Shown: positions 11,712-26,420 of the stretch, piece after piece | How the letters are laid out: each line of letters starts with the position of its first letter | How positions within the stretch are numbered: the stretch's first letter is position 1 | Assembly: GCA_951406725.2 (NCBI GenBank) | Contig: OX597820.1 | Location: forward strand, 121,892,001-121,956,000 | Reading direction: 5' to 3' | Origin: Octopus vulgaris | Taxonomy: Eukaryota | Length of the DNA stretch: 64,000 nt | Position numbers and translations under genes: made by a program | Notes under the pieces: generated by a model | Told to the model about the DNA's origin: nothing | The model's database searches: none | The model's input: the letters and a program-made list of their open reading frames with translations, nothing else

Positions 11712-12149
11712 AGCGGAAAACTTATTCACTTAACAAACACCTTAAACTAAGCACCACGTTTAATCACATGGATATTAATCCGCCAAAGATATTTTTCCAA
11801 GGCCTATTATTGAACTTAAAAAACATAAGGACTCTACAATGTATCGCTATACTTATTTGTTAATTTTTGTATATGTTTATTATTATCTTTTTGAAAAAGC
11901 ATCGTAAATTTCTTTTTTCCCCTTCCTGAATTAAAAAAAAAAAATTCTTTTCACCTTTAAAATCTTGAAAATTTGCTTTGCGTTGAAAACCGGTTAGAGT
12001 TATTATTTTTGTAATTTTCCATACACCCATTTTTATTAAAATTTACCTTCAATTTAGCAGTCTGCCTTTTCATAATTTTTTTTTCCTATCATTTCTCCAC
12101 GTGCGGTCAACACAACCCCACCATTTATTGATTGATATATATGTATATA

Positions 12150-12207
<58 letters not shown>

Positions 12208-12477
12208 TATAAAAATTGTAATTATTTTTTGAGGGAATAAAATCCAAAACTTACAAGGAAAAAAATTCAATTTAGAAATACTAAATCAAATTTCACACAA
12301 TATAATATATATATAAATAATTAGAAAAAAACCCCTACCTTTTATCAATTTAAAATGAACAATTAAATTACACCATGTAGAAAACTACATATAATAGAAA
12401 TATTAAATTTAAAATAACAATAAAATATCAATGATTAAGTAAATTGCAAAAAAATAATAATAAAGATGCATATAATT

Positions 12478-12517
<40 letters not shown>

Positions 12518-12879
12518 TCTGTCTTTCTCTATATACATTTATGTGTATGTGTGTATGCAAATATGTAAGCATGCATTGTCCATTCAGTCCCCTATCCCCA
12601 CACTCCACTTCCAATTCTAACATAATTTATATTCCACTACTTACACACTCAACTAATCTATCCCTATCAAATTATACGACAAACATAACTCGATCTGCTC
12701 AATATATTCCACTGTCGGCCATCTTGTTATTGCTTACCGATATGATTCATATACCGCCATAAATTACACCCTCCTCCTACACACTGCTCGTTGCGAACCA
12801 ATATATACGACCGACGAGCATATTTAATAGATCCACCACACACAGGCATAGCAAATCTACGCCAAGCAACCCAGCTTCC

Positions 12880-13030
12880 AACTCAATAAAGGCAAGAAAA
12901 AATACGTAAGACGCGTCGCCGCTGATCATCGCGTAACGCGACTGTGAAAGCAGCCAACCAATGCGAAGCAGTGCCGCCCAGCCCAGCCAGGGCAAGTGGA
13001 GCGGTCAGTGCGCTATTGCCAATAATCTCT
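12880..13030. promoter_or_regulatory. CpG-rich unique island, candidate promoter or enhancer
   Basis: Locally GC/CpG-rich (GACGCGTCGCCG, CGCGTAACGCG), two CCAAT motifs and a GCCGCCC GC-box-like motif. No repeat homology seen elsewhere in the window. Confidence 0.3.
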
Positions 13031-13131
13031 GTTACAGGCTGTTACCATGGACTAATTTGTTCTTGATAGAGCATGAGATAAAAGGGTGTATGTTCAGCTG
13101 TGTGGTCAAGGAAATAGAAACATGCGCGCAT

Positions 13132-13223
<92 letters not shown>

Positions 13224-13759
13224 CAAAGAGAGAGGGGTGTGATGCGGACACGAATAGAGTGCAACATATATTCAAACGTGCAGACAAAATAATGCATGCG
13301 TGCGTCACTCACACACACATACAAACAGGCATGTATGTACGGACACACACATGTTCTCTCTCACTCTCTCTCTCTCTCTCTCTCTCCTTCTATATCTCTC
13401 ACACACACATACATATACATATAAAGAGATACAGATACGTAAACCGACGTACAAGCACGCATATGAATGTGTGTGTGTGTGTGTGTGTGTGTGTGTTGTT
13501 TAGATGCGGACACGTGCTGCCCTCATGCATATTAAAGCATTGCATAAGCCGTGTTCAATGGTGCGGCGAGCTTCACAAGTTGACCAGGCCAAACAGATGA
13601 CGGACATTTAAATGGGTGTCCACCACGGGTCTCCATGGCTGTTGCCTTAACAAATGAAGGTGGCCAGTGTGGTGTTGAAGCGGTGGTGGTGGTGGTCAGG
13701 TGTGTGTGTGGTGGAGGAGGGGAGAGGAAGAATCGGTAGAATTAGTACAGTGCTATATT

Positions 13760-14230
13760 AGTGGTGGTGGTGGTGGTGTTAGTGGTGGTGGTGGTGGTGG
13801 TGGTGGTGGTGGTGGTGGTGGTGGTGGTGGTGGTGGTGATGGCAGTGGTGGTGGTGTTAGTGGTGGTGGTCGTGGTGGTGGTGTTAGTGGTGGTGGTAGT
13901 GGTGGTAGTAGTGGTGGTAGTGGTGGGTGGTGGTGGTGGTGGTGGTGGTGGTGGTGGTGGTGGTGGTGGTGGTGGTGGTAGTGGTGGTGGTGGCAGTGGT
14001 GGTGGTGTGGTGTTAGTGATGGTGTTAGTGGTGGTGGTGGTGGTGGCAATGGTTGTGGTGGTGTTAGTGGTGGTGGTGACAGTGGTGGTGACGGTGTTTT
14101 ACTTGCTATTGGAGGTCGTAGTGTCATGGTGCTCTTGGTAGTGGTGGTCATGGCGGAAATTATGTGACATAATTTCATTCATGGAGCTTTTTGGTGGTGG
14201 TGGTGGTGGTGGTTGGTGGTGGTGGTGGTG
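13760..14230. repeat. (GGT)n-rich array
   Basis: Seen directly; source of the poly-G/V/W ORFs. Confidence 0.95.
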
Positions 14231-14744
14231 AACATAAAAGTAGCTAATGTTGGTGTGTGGCATGATGGTGATAAAGATGATGATGATGATGATGATATTG
14301 ATGACGAGACTGCTACTGCTGCTGCTGCTCATGATGATGATGATGATGATGATGATGATGTAGTTTGAATAAGTTGGGATGGAGACTCGTGTCTTTAATA
14401 TCGCAGCATCACAGACAGTGATGCATTGTTCGGCGGAAGTGTCTAAAAGACAAATCCTTGGTTTGCTGCATTTGTAAGCTCAGAATAACAAGGGATTATC
14501 TGCGCATCGGTGCAGAACGAGTACCGCCATTGAATTCGTTTGGGGAGCAGAGTTTTGCCAATGATGTTCCCATCTAATATACACTGACCAAACATACTAA
14601 CACAAGCCCACACAATCTCACAGACACACACTCACGGGTAGGTTTTTGATTCAAAGAATAATGTTTACCGCTGCGTTTACACGTATTATTGCGACAACAC
14701 TTTCATTGAACATCTTTATACCAGGAAGATACTCAACTCTAATC

Positions 14745-15900
14745 GATGGGAATAGGAGGCGGTGACAGGGGCAACAATTAACCCGGGGAAGTCGGGGGTC
14801 CTACAGCTCGGCATCTGGGGAGGGATGTTAAGACCGGTTAACTGCCGTTGGCTTCTGGGAGGACGAACCGGTTGAATTGTTTCATTTGGTCAAGAAGTCC
14901 AGGATGGACAAGAACTGGGAAGAGGTGATGCACAAGGTAGCCAGTCTCGCGTAGAAATGGGCGGAGAGGAAACTTTCCCTGAAGGGTCAGGTAGAGCTGG
15001 CAAATACCTTCATCGCATTTGTCACCTGTTACCACCTGTTACCGTCATGCCTTCCTCCCCTTCACGGCTGACTTGAATGGAAAATCTCTTCGTTTTTCTG
15101 TGAATGTGACGTATCCGTTGGCGATATTATTCATTTGCTGTCAGCATTCTCTACGTGGAGAACTGACTATGCAATGACTTATAATGCTCATGGTTAATAT
15201 TCAGAAACTGGCTCTGCAATGCGGTGATGGGCGTTTCTGGTTTGGGAGAAACTACACAGATACGTTCATGTGACCAGCTGCCCCTGCTCGAGATGCACGA
15301 TGAGCGTCAAAACCATCCAGCACGCATTCGTACACTGTTTTAGCTTTGCTGACCTATGTAGTTATGTCAAACAACTGCTATCATGTGTAGGAAGGAGACG
15401 GTTACCAGCTCTATCCATCATTAAGATTTTCTTGCTACTTTGTTTTGGCCAGGAAAGGCATGTGGTTTTCCTTTGTCTGGCGGTTATAATGAAAAAGTTT
15501 GTGTGACGAAAGCAACTAAAACTGCTGAAGACATCCTTTACTTTTCGACCAAGCCCTCATCGATGTTTTGAACTTCCACCTGGAAAAGAAAGTGAGAGTG
15601 AGAAGGATGGTACTTGTAAAATGGATGTATTCAGAATAACCCAAGTAAACAGACCTGCTCTGAGCCTGTGCCTGCAGACTGAAGAGTACTGACGAGAGAG
15701 AGAGGGACACTTGCTATAGTACTCCTGGTAAACGGGGTGACTCTGGGTTAGTGGGGTTCCCTGGTCGTTTCTTGGGTGAAGGTGTATGTTTCTCGCTTAG
15801 GAAACATTGTACTTGTTTTGTTGTTGTGAGTCTGAAAAAGGTTGATCTGTTTTTCCATTTTGCGGATAGTATATGGGCCCCATATAAGTTTTAAAGATCA
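14745..15900 (+). mobile_element. Decayed L1/Tx1-like LINE ORF2 3' part with 3' UTR
   Basis: Plus-strand peptides VTGATINPGKS, KNWEEVMHKVASLA*KWAERKLSLKGQVELAN, CCQHSLRG, the zf-RVT-like CSRCTMSVKTIQHAFVHC, and FHLEKKVRV. Confidence 0.82.
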
Positions 15901-16471
15901 TGTTTATCTAGAGACAGACCATTGGCGAAGTTGTTAGGGCGGTGGTACTTGTTCTGGTTGCCAGTGCTCTGAGAAGAGAACTCTCCGAGGTCAAGTTTTC
16001 CATATTTCCATGTACAATAAAAGAAAATGAATTACCTTTCCAAAATGATGGAATTGGTGGAATTATTAAAGAATGGGACGAAGGGACAGCCTTGTGGTAC
16101 TTACTCCAGCTCTTTGCTAAATCAAGGCGATGGTTCAATTTTCCTGATAGATTCGGACAATTATCAGATCGATCCTAGAAATAATATCAGAAGCCTGACA
16201 TAATCAAACAAGTCTTCAATGCATGGTCGGCCACATACGGGACCATACTTTGGTATCTCAGAAAAGTTTTGCGGTTGACTCTTCTCTGCTTCATAGCAAA
16301 TGTAATACAAGAACAAAAATTTTTCTCAGTTGTCCGTAATCCCTGATATGAAAGCCTTCCACAAGAGACCACCCAGACTGTCCTCACTGGTGCTCATGAT
16401 CTTGACCTATCGTTACATGTATCCTCCACTAACATTCTATAGACTGCCACAACTGTCTTTCTACCAATCAC

Positions 16472-16699
16472 ATTTCATCTCAATCGAAGGAGAGGAGCTT
16501 TCTCCGTCCGGGTTGCGGATCCGTGGAACAAGCTGCCAGACGAGATGGTGAAGATGCCGACGACCGCTTTGTTCAAAGTCTCCCTGGACCTCAAGTGGCC
16601 TGAACTCTTTACATGAACACCACCCTGTACATAACTCCATGTCCCCCTACATGGCCTTGCTTTTTGCTTTTGAGCCAAAAAATTAACTAACTAACTAAC
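16472..16699 (+). mobile_element. CR1/L2-group LINE 3' end with (CTAA)n tail
   Basis: FHLNRRRGAFSVRVADPWNKLPDEMVKMPTTALFKVSLDLKW is a typical CR1 ORF2 C-terminus. It is followed by a short UTR and TAACTAACTAAC. Confidence 0.85.
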
Positions 16700-17039
16700 C
16701 TTCTCCATTTCATAGAATTATTGACACGTTTTCCCATAAATTTTTCAACTTGGTTTTAACAAATTCTTCCCCAATATAACTTGGTCTCCCAAAGTAACGC
16801 ATCCTTTGTCACACACCCCCACCACACTTTTATACCTTTCAAGCGTGGATAGAGAAATAAATTGTATACAACCATTCTCTCTAACTAAATGAAGGAAAGT
16901 TATTTTTGTCTATTCTTCTTCTCACTCCTTCGCTCGTTTTTTTCTTCTCAACGTTTTTTTTTATGAAAATCTCAACACAAAATGGAAAATTTTTGGTGAT
17001 GTTCCAGTCACCTGATACCTCTGTGGGGAAAAAGAGAAA

Positions 17040-17185
17040 TCATCGTCATCATCATCATCACCATCACTACCACCACTAACAACAACAACACCAACACCAT
17101 CATCATCATCATCACTATCACTATCACCATCACCATCATCATCATCATCATCCTCATCCTCACCACCATTAACACCATCATCATC

Positions 17186-17240
<55 letters not shown>

Positions 17241-17529
17241 CCACCACCACCGACACCATCATCATCATCATCATCACCACCACCACTACCACCACCATCA
17301 CCAATACCATCATCATCATCATCATCATCACCACCACCACTACCACCACCATCACCAATACCATCATCATCATCATCATCATCACCACCACCACTACCAC
17401 CACTACCAACACCACCACCACCATCAGCAGCAGCAGCAGCACTACCACCACCATCATTATCGTCGTCTTCGCCGTAGTCGTCGCCGTCGTCGTCATCATT
17501 ATCATCATAGTCACCGACATCATCACAGC

Positions 17530-17574
<45 letters not shown>

Positions 17575-17575
17575 A
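17040..17575. repeat. Compound (CAT)/(CAC)/(TAG) trinucleotide array
   Basis: Seen directly. Confidence 0.93.
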
Positions 17576-17957
17576 GGGCTGTTGGTGGTGGTTATTATAA
17601 TTGTTGGCGGTGGTGGTGGCGGTGGTTGCGGTCGATGGGGGGTGGGGGTATTGTTGATATTTCCAGTGACTCTTAGGACGAAATAGAACAGTGGCAGGGG
17701 GTGGGGGTCTAGTTTGACCAGCTTGACGCCGTTGGTGGTGGGTAGAGCAGGTCAATCACTTAATGTCCACTCAATTGTCCTTCAATCTAGCTTAGCCATC
17801 ACCAACATCATCATCATCGTCAACACCATCAATAATTCTACCACAATCAACAGCAACAACAACAACAACAATAAATATAACACTTTCTCTCCTCCCCTCC
17901 ATTATCTCAACAAATACCTCACCGCAACACCGCTAATCTTCATCCTTCACAGCACTG

Positions 17958-18070
17958 TTATCATCATCATCATCGTCATCATCATCGTCATCATCATCAT
18001 CATCATCATCATCCTCCTCCTCCTCATCATCATCGTCATCATCGTCATCATCACCATCACCATCATCGCT

Positions 18071-18118
<48 letters not shown>

Positions 18119-18340
18119 GTCCTCCTCCTCCTCCTCCTCCTCCACATCATCATCATCATCGTCATCATCATCATTATCATCATCACACATCTTACATATT
18201 GTCAGTGCTGTCATGATCATCATCATCGCTATCATCATCAGCATCATCATCTGCAACAGCATCATTATCATCATCATCATCATCACTATCACCATCATCA
18301 TCATCATCGTCGTCATCGTCGTTGTCGTCATCATCATCCG
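17958..18340. repeat. (CAT)/(CCT) trinucleotide array
   Basis: Seen directly. Confidence 0.93.
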
Positions 18341-18985
18341 TAAGAATAACAGCAACATCCGCATCGTCACTCTTCCAACATTATTTCGTCCAATCAATGC
18401 AGGAATTGACATCCACCCCCACACTACCCCCTTCCCGCCCCATTCTAATTGATCCTGCTACCAAATCCACTTCTGACCATGCAGCAAACTCCATTCTGGG
18501 ACCAACACTACGAAACAAAACCCCCCAAAAAAAAAATTTAAGCCAATTGCCTGACCAACCGCTGCTTCATTCTTGGTCAACATGGCTGCATCACGTGCTG
18601 CTGGTTTTTACCATGGCTTTTTGTCAACCTACAACGCTACTACCACCGTAGCCACCACCACTGCCTTGCATCTGCATCCACCCCACAAAGCAACAACATT
18701 ATCGCCACCAGCGCCACCAGCAACAACAACAACAGCAAATGCCCTCCTCCCCAACGCCACTTCCCTTCCACTATCCCCCCCTTCCCTTCCCAACCTCTTA
18801 AACATACCCCCTCCTACATCCCCCACCGTCCACCAACCTACTCTTACTGGTCTGTTGTGATAATGGTTGGCATCTGTGAACTCTTGTGAGATTTTCTGCA
18901 CCATTAACTTCGGCTCTGGTTTTGCAATTTACTGGACACACGATGATATGGTCTGCCTATATTACAGTTGTCTTCCTCTTCTCTT

Positions 18986-19032
<47 letters not shown>

Positions 19033-19387
19033 CTCTCTCTCTCACTCATTCCCTCTCTCTCTGTACCTCTCTCTTTCTCTCTCTCTCTCTCTCTGCCTCT
19101 CTGTTTCATGTAATACATGTAATGCATGTACATAAATTTCCATTACAACACCCACACACCACGCACAAGCATACACATACATATACATATTTAACATTAC
19201 ACACACACACACACATATATATATACATATATATGCATATATACACATGTATAAACACACACACACACATACACACACACACGCACAGATGAATACCAAA
19301 CAATAGCTTTTATGCTGAGCGTTCAACAAACAACTCACCGAAAGTAAAAAGAAAATTCACATCACATTTACAGCAATAATAACTATT

Positions 19388-20103
19388 ACATACATACAAC
19401 CACACATACATACATACCTGCATGCATGCATACATATATACATACACACATACATACACATACATACATACATACATACATACATACATACACATACATA
19501 CATACATACATACATACATACATACATACATACACACACATACATACGTACATACACACACATACACACATACACACACATACACACATACATACACACA
19601 CATACAGAAATACATACATTAATACATACAAACATACATACATACTTATATACACACATACATACACACATACATACACACATACATACATATTTATATA
19701 CACACATACATACACACATACATACATACATAAATACACACATACATACATACATACATACATACATACACACATGCATACACACATACATACATACACA
19801 CATACATACATCCACACATACATACACACATACATACATACACACACACAAACATACATACATACATACACACACACATACATACATACATACATACATA
19901 CATACACACATACATACAACCACACATACATACATACACACATACATACACACATGCATACATTCATACACACACACATACATACTCACACATACATACA
20001 TACATAAACACATACATACATACATAAATACATCCACACACACATACATCCACACATACATACATCCACACATACATACATACATATATACATACATACA
20101 CAT
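19388..20103. repeat. (TACA)n/(CA)n array
   Basis: Seen directly. Confidence 0.95.
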
Positions 20104-20323
20104 GTATACGGATAAAATGAAAATAATACCTTGAAAATCAAATCAAGCTAAATATCGATATAAATACACAATATACTTTCTTTATCGATCATGCAGGAAC
20201 AGTGTCGATATTTGCGTTCTTCAAATTTTGACTGCTTTCGAAAAACACCAACTTCTGCATCTCGCTGTATAAAAACAGTAAAACCCTCAAATTCTAATAA
20301 GACTCCCTCTCTCTCTCTCTCCC

Positions 20324-20385
<62 letters not shown>

Positions 20386-20469
20386 CATCTATCTCTACCC
20401 CTGCCCTTTCTCTCTCCCATTTTCTCTCTCTCTGCAATCCGCTGATGAAGCATCTATATATCCATATTA

Positions 20470-21006
20470 CCAGGGTGAGTGAAAAAGTAATGCCATTTTG
20501 TTTAGGAGAAGCATACTTACAGGAACATGTATCATACAGCAAAATGAAGCTGGTCCTCTGTGGATCACATCCCTACTTCTCAACATAGTCACCGTTTCTC
20601 TCAATAGCAATATTCCACCTTCGAATGAAAGCATGTATACTTACCCCGTAAAATTCTGTTGACTGATCTTTGAACCATTTCTTCACTACAGTGCTCACTT
20701 CCTCGTCACTGGAATAATGCTTGCCTCTCAAACCCTCTTTCATGGGGCCGAAGAGATGATAGTCCAGTGACGAGGAAGTGAAAACTGTAGTGAAGAAGTG
20801 GTTCAAAGAACAGTCAACAGAATTTTACAGGGCAGGGATACATGCTTTCATCCGAAAGTGGAACATTGCTGTTGAGAGAAATGGTGACTATGTTGAGAAG
20901 TAGGGATGTGATCCACAGAGGACCAGCTTCATTTTGATGTATGATACATGTTCCTGTAATTATGCTTGTCCTAAACAAAATGGCATTACTTTTTGACTCA
21001 CTCTCG
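20470..21006. mobile_element. Mariner-derived foldback non-autonomous element
   Basis: Inverted arms at 20470-20713 and 20763-21006, TA on both flanks, TIR (C/G)AG(G/A)GTGAGT(G/C)AAAAAGTAATGCC after an initial C. Encodes the mariner transposase C-terminus DYHLFGPMKEGLRG...NGDYVEK*. Confidence 0.92.
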
Positions 21007-21092
21007 TATTTTATGAATAGCAATTATTATATATTTACTCCAATGTACTGGCACTTGATCCAAATTGACCTGAAGCCTCTAATCATCCTCTG

Positions 21093-21396
21093 GTGGAGGC
21101 ACATGACCTAGTGGTTAGAGGAGCGGACTCGTGGTCGAGGGATCGCGGAATCGAATCTCAAACCGGACGATGTGTGTGTTTATGAGCGAAAACACCTAAG
21201 CTCCACGCGGCTCCGGCAGAAGGTAATGGCGAACTTCTGCTGACTCTTTCGCCACAACTTTCTCTCACTCTTTCCTCCAGCATCTTGCAGCATACCTGCG
21301 ACGGACTGGCGTCCCGTCCAGGTGGGGAACCTATACGCCAAGAAACCTGGAAATCGGCCCTTATGAGCCAGGCAGGGCTCGAGAAGGAACAAAACA
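21093..21396 (+). mobile_element. tRNA-derived SINE family B1, full length, 12-bp TSD
   Basis: A-box-like TGACCTAGTGG and B-box-like GAATCGAATC; (AAAC)n tail; TSD AATCATCCTCTG at 21081-21092 and 21397-21408. Confidence 0.9.
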
Positions 21397-21589
21397 AATC
21401 ATCCTCTGATGGACTCTCCTGGTCATAAGCGATCGATGAGACTTCTACAGTTTCTTGCTGGACAACCAGCATAAATGATTGGTTTTGAGTGATCAAATGT
21501 TTGTGTTGTACATAAGTTCACTCTCGCCATCAAGTCCACATTACCGATAGAGGCGAACGTTGAGTCCCCCGTCGAAAGTCGAAGAACTC

Positions 21590-21692
21590 GCGGAACAACG
21601 TGAGATGAACTGTTTTGCTCAAGAACACAACGCAACAGGAATCGAAGCTACGATCTTACGGGCAACACTCTAACCACTCAGCCACGCGCCTT
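21590..21692 (-). mobile_element. SINE head fragment related to 39146-39485
   Basis: Shares AACGTGAxATxAA..TTGCTCAAGAAxACAAC and CTCTAACCACT with the 39 kb copy. Confidence 0.65.
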
Positions 21693-21716
21693 AACTAATC
21701 ATCATCATCATCATCG

Positions 21717-21860
21717 GGGCTGCGTGGCAACAAGTTTGCTTCCCAACCACACGGTTCTGGATCCAGTGTCCAGCTTCACGGCATGAGACCTTGGGCTAAC
21801 TGCCTTCTACAAAAGCCTCTGGCAGGACTTGGCAGGCGGAACCTAAAAGAAAACCAGCGA
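21717..21860 (+). mobile_element. Degenerate SINE family A 5' half
   Basis: TTGCTTCCCAACCAC...CCTTGGGC...GGAACCTAAAAGAA. Confidence 0.7.
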
Positions 21861-22825
<965 letters not shown>

Positions 22826-22844
22826 CATTTGTGTTTGAGGGACC

Positions 22845-22985
22845 TTTTTCAATTTCTGGTTACCAAATCCACTCACAAGACTTTGGTCGGCCCGAGGAAC
22901 ATAGTACCAGGTACACAGTGTCACGCAGTGGGACTGAACCTGGAAACATGTGGTTGAGAAACAAACTCCTTACCACAGAGCCAAG
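22845..22985 (-). mobile_element. SINE family A 5' half
   Basis: TACCAAATCCACTCACAAG...CACGCAGTGGGACTGAACC is the reverse complement of the family A head. Confidence 0.8.
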
Positions 22986-23597
22986 TCTACCGAGGAAAGC
23001 TGGTTTGTTATTTATATGTTGCTGTTGTTGTTATCATGGATGTTGTTCTTGTTTACGTTGTTCATTTTGTTGTTATTGGCGTAAGTGATAGTATTGTCGG
23101 CGGCGGCGTTGCTAGACATTATTTAATGGGATCAGAATTGTTGTTGTTGTTGTTGCTGCTGCTGCTGGTGGTGTTGTTGTTTGTGTTTAACCCCAGATGA
23201 ACCCTAATCGATCAATCCTGTTATCAAAGGTTTTCAAGCCGTGATTACATTAAACGATATTTTGTTTTAAGAATAGTGCATCTAAGACTACATTAGCCAA
23301 TGTTTCCAATTATTGAACCGGAAGTGTGTACACATGTTCCCCGTTCTACTCATTGTTGGTGGGCTGGGGTTTGGCGGGGTGTTGGCGTTAAACCCTGTTC
23401 CATAACAGTCCAATCGTGATCATCCAGTCATTTTAGATATACAGGACGCATATTTATCTTAGATATAAACAATGTCCAATGAATTCTTCCTTTTCTAAGA
23501 CTGTATGGTGAGGTTTGTGGAGGTTTGGCTGCTATGTCATGCAGGCTGTGCAACACCGTTTATTCGTGAGGTGTTGACGTAGCATTGTCTGTAGTAA

Positions 23598-23664
<67 letters not shown>

Positions 23665-23989
23665 GGTGGTGGTGGTGGTGGTGGTGGTGGTGGTGGTGGT
23701 GGTGGTGGTGGTGGTGGTGGTGGTAGAAGCATTCACGGTGAATCTAGAAAAACAGGTGAAGTAACGTTTTGACATTATTTGTAATGATGATGATGATGAT
23801 GATGTTGATGACGATAATGATGATGTTGATGATGATGATGATGAAGTCGATGACGACGACAGCAATGGAGATGACGATGATACTGATGATGACAAAGACT
23901 ACTGCCACATCATCGAAGATAATGATTAGGTTGACCATCATAATTATTATTATTTTAGATTTCTCAGGTTCGGAATTAATCCTGTTAGG

Positions 23990-24214
23990 GATCATGCGGA
24001 TAGCGGCTTACTATATGTAACCCTAGGTACCCAGAGGTTTTCAGCAGTCTTTCAAGAGCTTGACAAACTTTCTGTACGAGTTCTACCGGACATTCTGTTT
24101 CAATCTCCATTTGTCTATATCCTGGCTTCCTGTTGCCAACGCACCAATTATTATAGGCGCCGCCTTTACTGTCCGCACGCTGCAAATTCTTCGTATTTCA
24201 AACTTTAAAGGATT

Positions 24215-24217
<3 letters not shown>
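23990..24217 (-). mobile_element. REL-endonuclease non-LTR C-terminal fragment (R4-like)
   Basis: Minus-strand YNPLKFEIRRICSVRTVKAAPIIIGALA and CPVELVQKVC resemble the KY.DL..EI...PIIIGALG...LQK C-terminus. Confidence 0.6.
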
Positions 24218-24264
<47 letters not shown>

Positions 24265-24366
24265 CATCTTTCTTTATGCTCTGGGAATCAAACGGGCGTG
24301 ATGTGTCGCTTTTTCTTATCTACAATCGTTATATCCGATTTATTATTATTATTATTATCATTATTG

Positions 24367-24716
24367 AGTGAGAAAGCAGTTCATGCCATCAAAGTGACAC
24401 TGGGGTAAAATATACGAAGCCCAGTATACCCATCATGACTACCTGTCTGATAATGGTACACCAGGCACATGCATCAGAACCATATGTGCGCGACATGGTG
24501 ATCTCATATCAAGATAAACAGCACATATCAAGATAAACAGCACCTTGCAGGTGGGGCCCAGTTAGAATTTTCTTCAGGTTGAGTAGCCCATCCCGCTCAA
24601 AAGGTCCCTGAATAAGGGTTGTTTAAGGATGTTGAAAAAACCACCCATGTTTCCAGAGGTGAATTATTCAAACCCCAAAGAATCCCTCTCAACACATGGC
24701 TATGATGCTCCCCCAC

Positions 24717-24717
<1 letters not shown>
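24367..24717 (-). mobile_element. Truncated copy of the (TAA)n-associated ~550-bp repeat
   Basis: Collinear with 1049-1375; (ATT)n on both sides; internal tandem duplication of ATATCAAGATAAACAGCAC. Confidence 0.88.
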
Positions 24718-24803
<86 letters not shown>

Positions 24804-24804
<1 letters not shown>

Positions 24805-26015
24805 GACGTCGCACAGTATACGGCATCGTGAAGTTGTTGATTGAAGATATTGTGTCTACCGGGGGTTTGTACTGTTTGTCAAGTACCTCAGAAAGATTGT
24901 ACTTTACGTAATATGCGTTCAGTTCCAAGAGATGTCGACTTTTGCTATACATCTAGGTTGTGGGGTATCTCTAAGGTTTTCAGATTATTTTTTTCAGATT
25001 GATTGGTATTGCACCCAATGTTCTGATGACAATAGGGATAACTTTTGTTTGACTCTCGTAGCTGCCACATCTTAGCGATCTCAGTTCTCAGGTCTCCATA
25101 TTTATCAACCTTTGCTTTTTCTTTCATGATGATATGTTGATCTCCTGGTACTGCTACGTCAATTATTAGGCACTCCTGTTTGTCTCTCCTAAAGGTTACT
25201 ATATCCAGTTTTCGGTGCTCTGATAGTTTGTCTGTCTGGAAATCAAAGTACCAAAGGATTTTTGCCTTCTCCTTTTTGTCTCTAACGTTTTCCGGTGTAT
25301 TTTGGTATCAGGCAGCCATTATCTCATATCCATACTTACAGCATACTAGCCAGTGGAGGTTTTGGACCACTTTATCGTGTCTACGCTTGTACTCTTTCTG
25401 CGCAAGACTTTCCCAAGCACTAACAATTTGTGTCACATTTTCGACCCTCTTCCCATACATTCTGCAGAGGTCCGATGCACTTGTGTGGTATATAATCTTT
25501 TTCCCTGATTTGGCCTTCAATTCGTGATCCTGGGCAGCGATTATTAGGCTTTCAGTATTCCCTTTTAGGTCACTCTTGCTGAGCCACCTCCAGGATGCAC
25601 CCTGGTCTTTTCATTTATTGGTTTCACTGTGGAACTGACCATGTAATTCCATACGGAGTAGGATTTCTTCTCTCTCGTTGGCTGTTCTTGTTCGGAACTT
25701 ATGAGCACTCTCAAGTCCATTTTTTTGGTAACTCCTGCACTAGCAGCATACTGTAGCAGGTCTTCTTTGCTGGTTGCCAAATATTCTGCCATGTTTCTTC
25801 TTTCACTGTTGGTGCACTTCCGTACACTAATCAGCCCACGTCCACCCTTATCTATTTTCATGTAGAGTCTCTACATTTGCCTTAGGGTGGGAGGGCATCA
25901 TGCTTTGTCTCTGTCTTTCGGGTAGTGCGATCGAGTTGATCGATTTCCGCTCGTGTCCATTTCAGGATGGACGCGCTGTAGCGGACTACAGCAACAGCCC
26001 ATATGTTGATGGCCG
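24804..26015 (-). mobile_element. 5'-truncated R4/Dong-clade LINE, second family
   Basis: Peptides AINIWAVAVVRYSA..IDQLDRTTRK, GGRGLIS, LIIAAQDH, LCRMYGKRVENVTQIVS..EYKRRHD and KVDKYGDLRTEI. Its 3' end abuts the (TTA)n tract at 24718-24803. Confidence 0.88.
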
Positions 26016-26300
26016 TCATGAGCTAGGTAGGAATCAGCCCCGTTTGCTATCATTCCCAGGGCACCTATGACAACTGATATTGTTTTATTCTTCAGGTTCC
26101 ACATTTTGCTAATTTCTATTTCAAGATCTTTATATTTGCTCAGCTTTTGGTAGGTCTTGACAGATACGTTCATGTCGACTGGGACAGTCATATCAATGAT
26201 GAGGCATGATTTTTGTCTGAAGTTTCTCAATATAATGTCTAGCCTATTTGCATCCATCTTTCTGTCAGTTTCAATGAAGTTCCAGAGGAGTGAAATGTGG
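26016..26300 (-). mobile_element. R4/Dong REL endonuclease fragment, third family
   Basis: LLWNFIETDRKMDANRLDII...CLIIDMTVP...KLSKYKDLEIEISKMW...VIGALG within ORF 25898..26446. Confidence 0.85.
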
Positions 26301-26302
26301 TT

Positions 26303-26382
<80 letters not shown>

Positions 26383-26420
26383 CATTATTATTATTATTAT
26401 TGTTACTATTATTATTATTG

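Noticed and set aside
13700-14178. Gly-rich and Pro-rich ORFs resembling structural proteins
   Set aside because: Pure (GGT)n repeat.
15900-16470. Complex sequence between the Tx1 and CR1 fragments as a coding region
   Set aside because: Only short ORFs with no recognisable motif or splice signals.
16961-18424. Asp/Gly-rich ORFs resembling acidic biomineral proteins
   Set aside because: Compound CAT/CAC/TAG microsatellites like the background elsewhere; no splice or start context.
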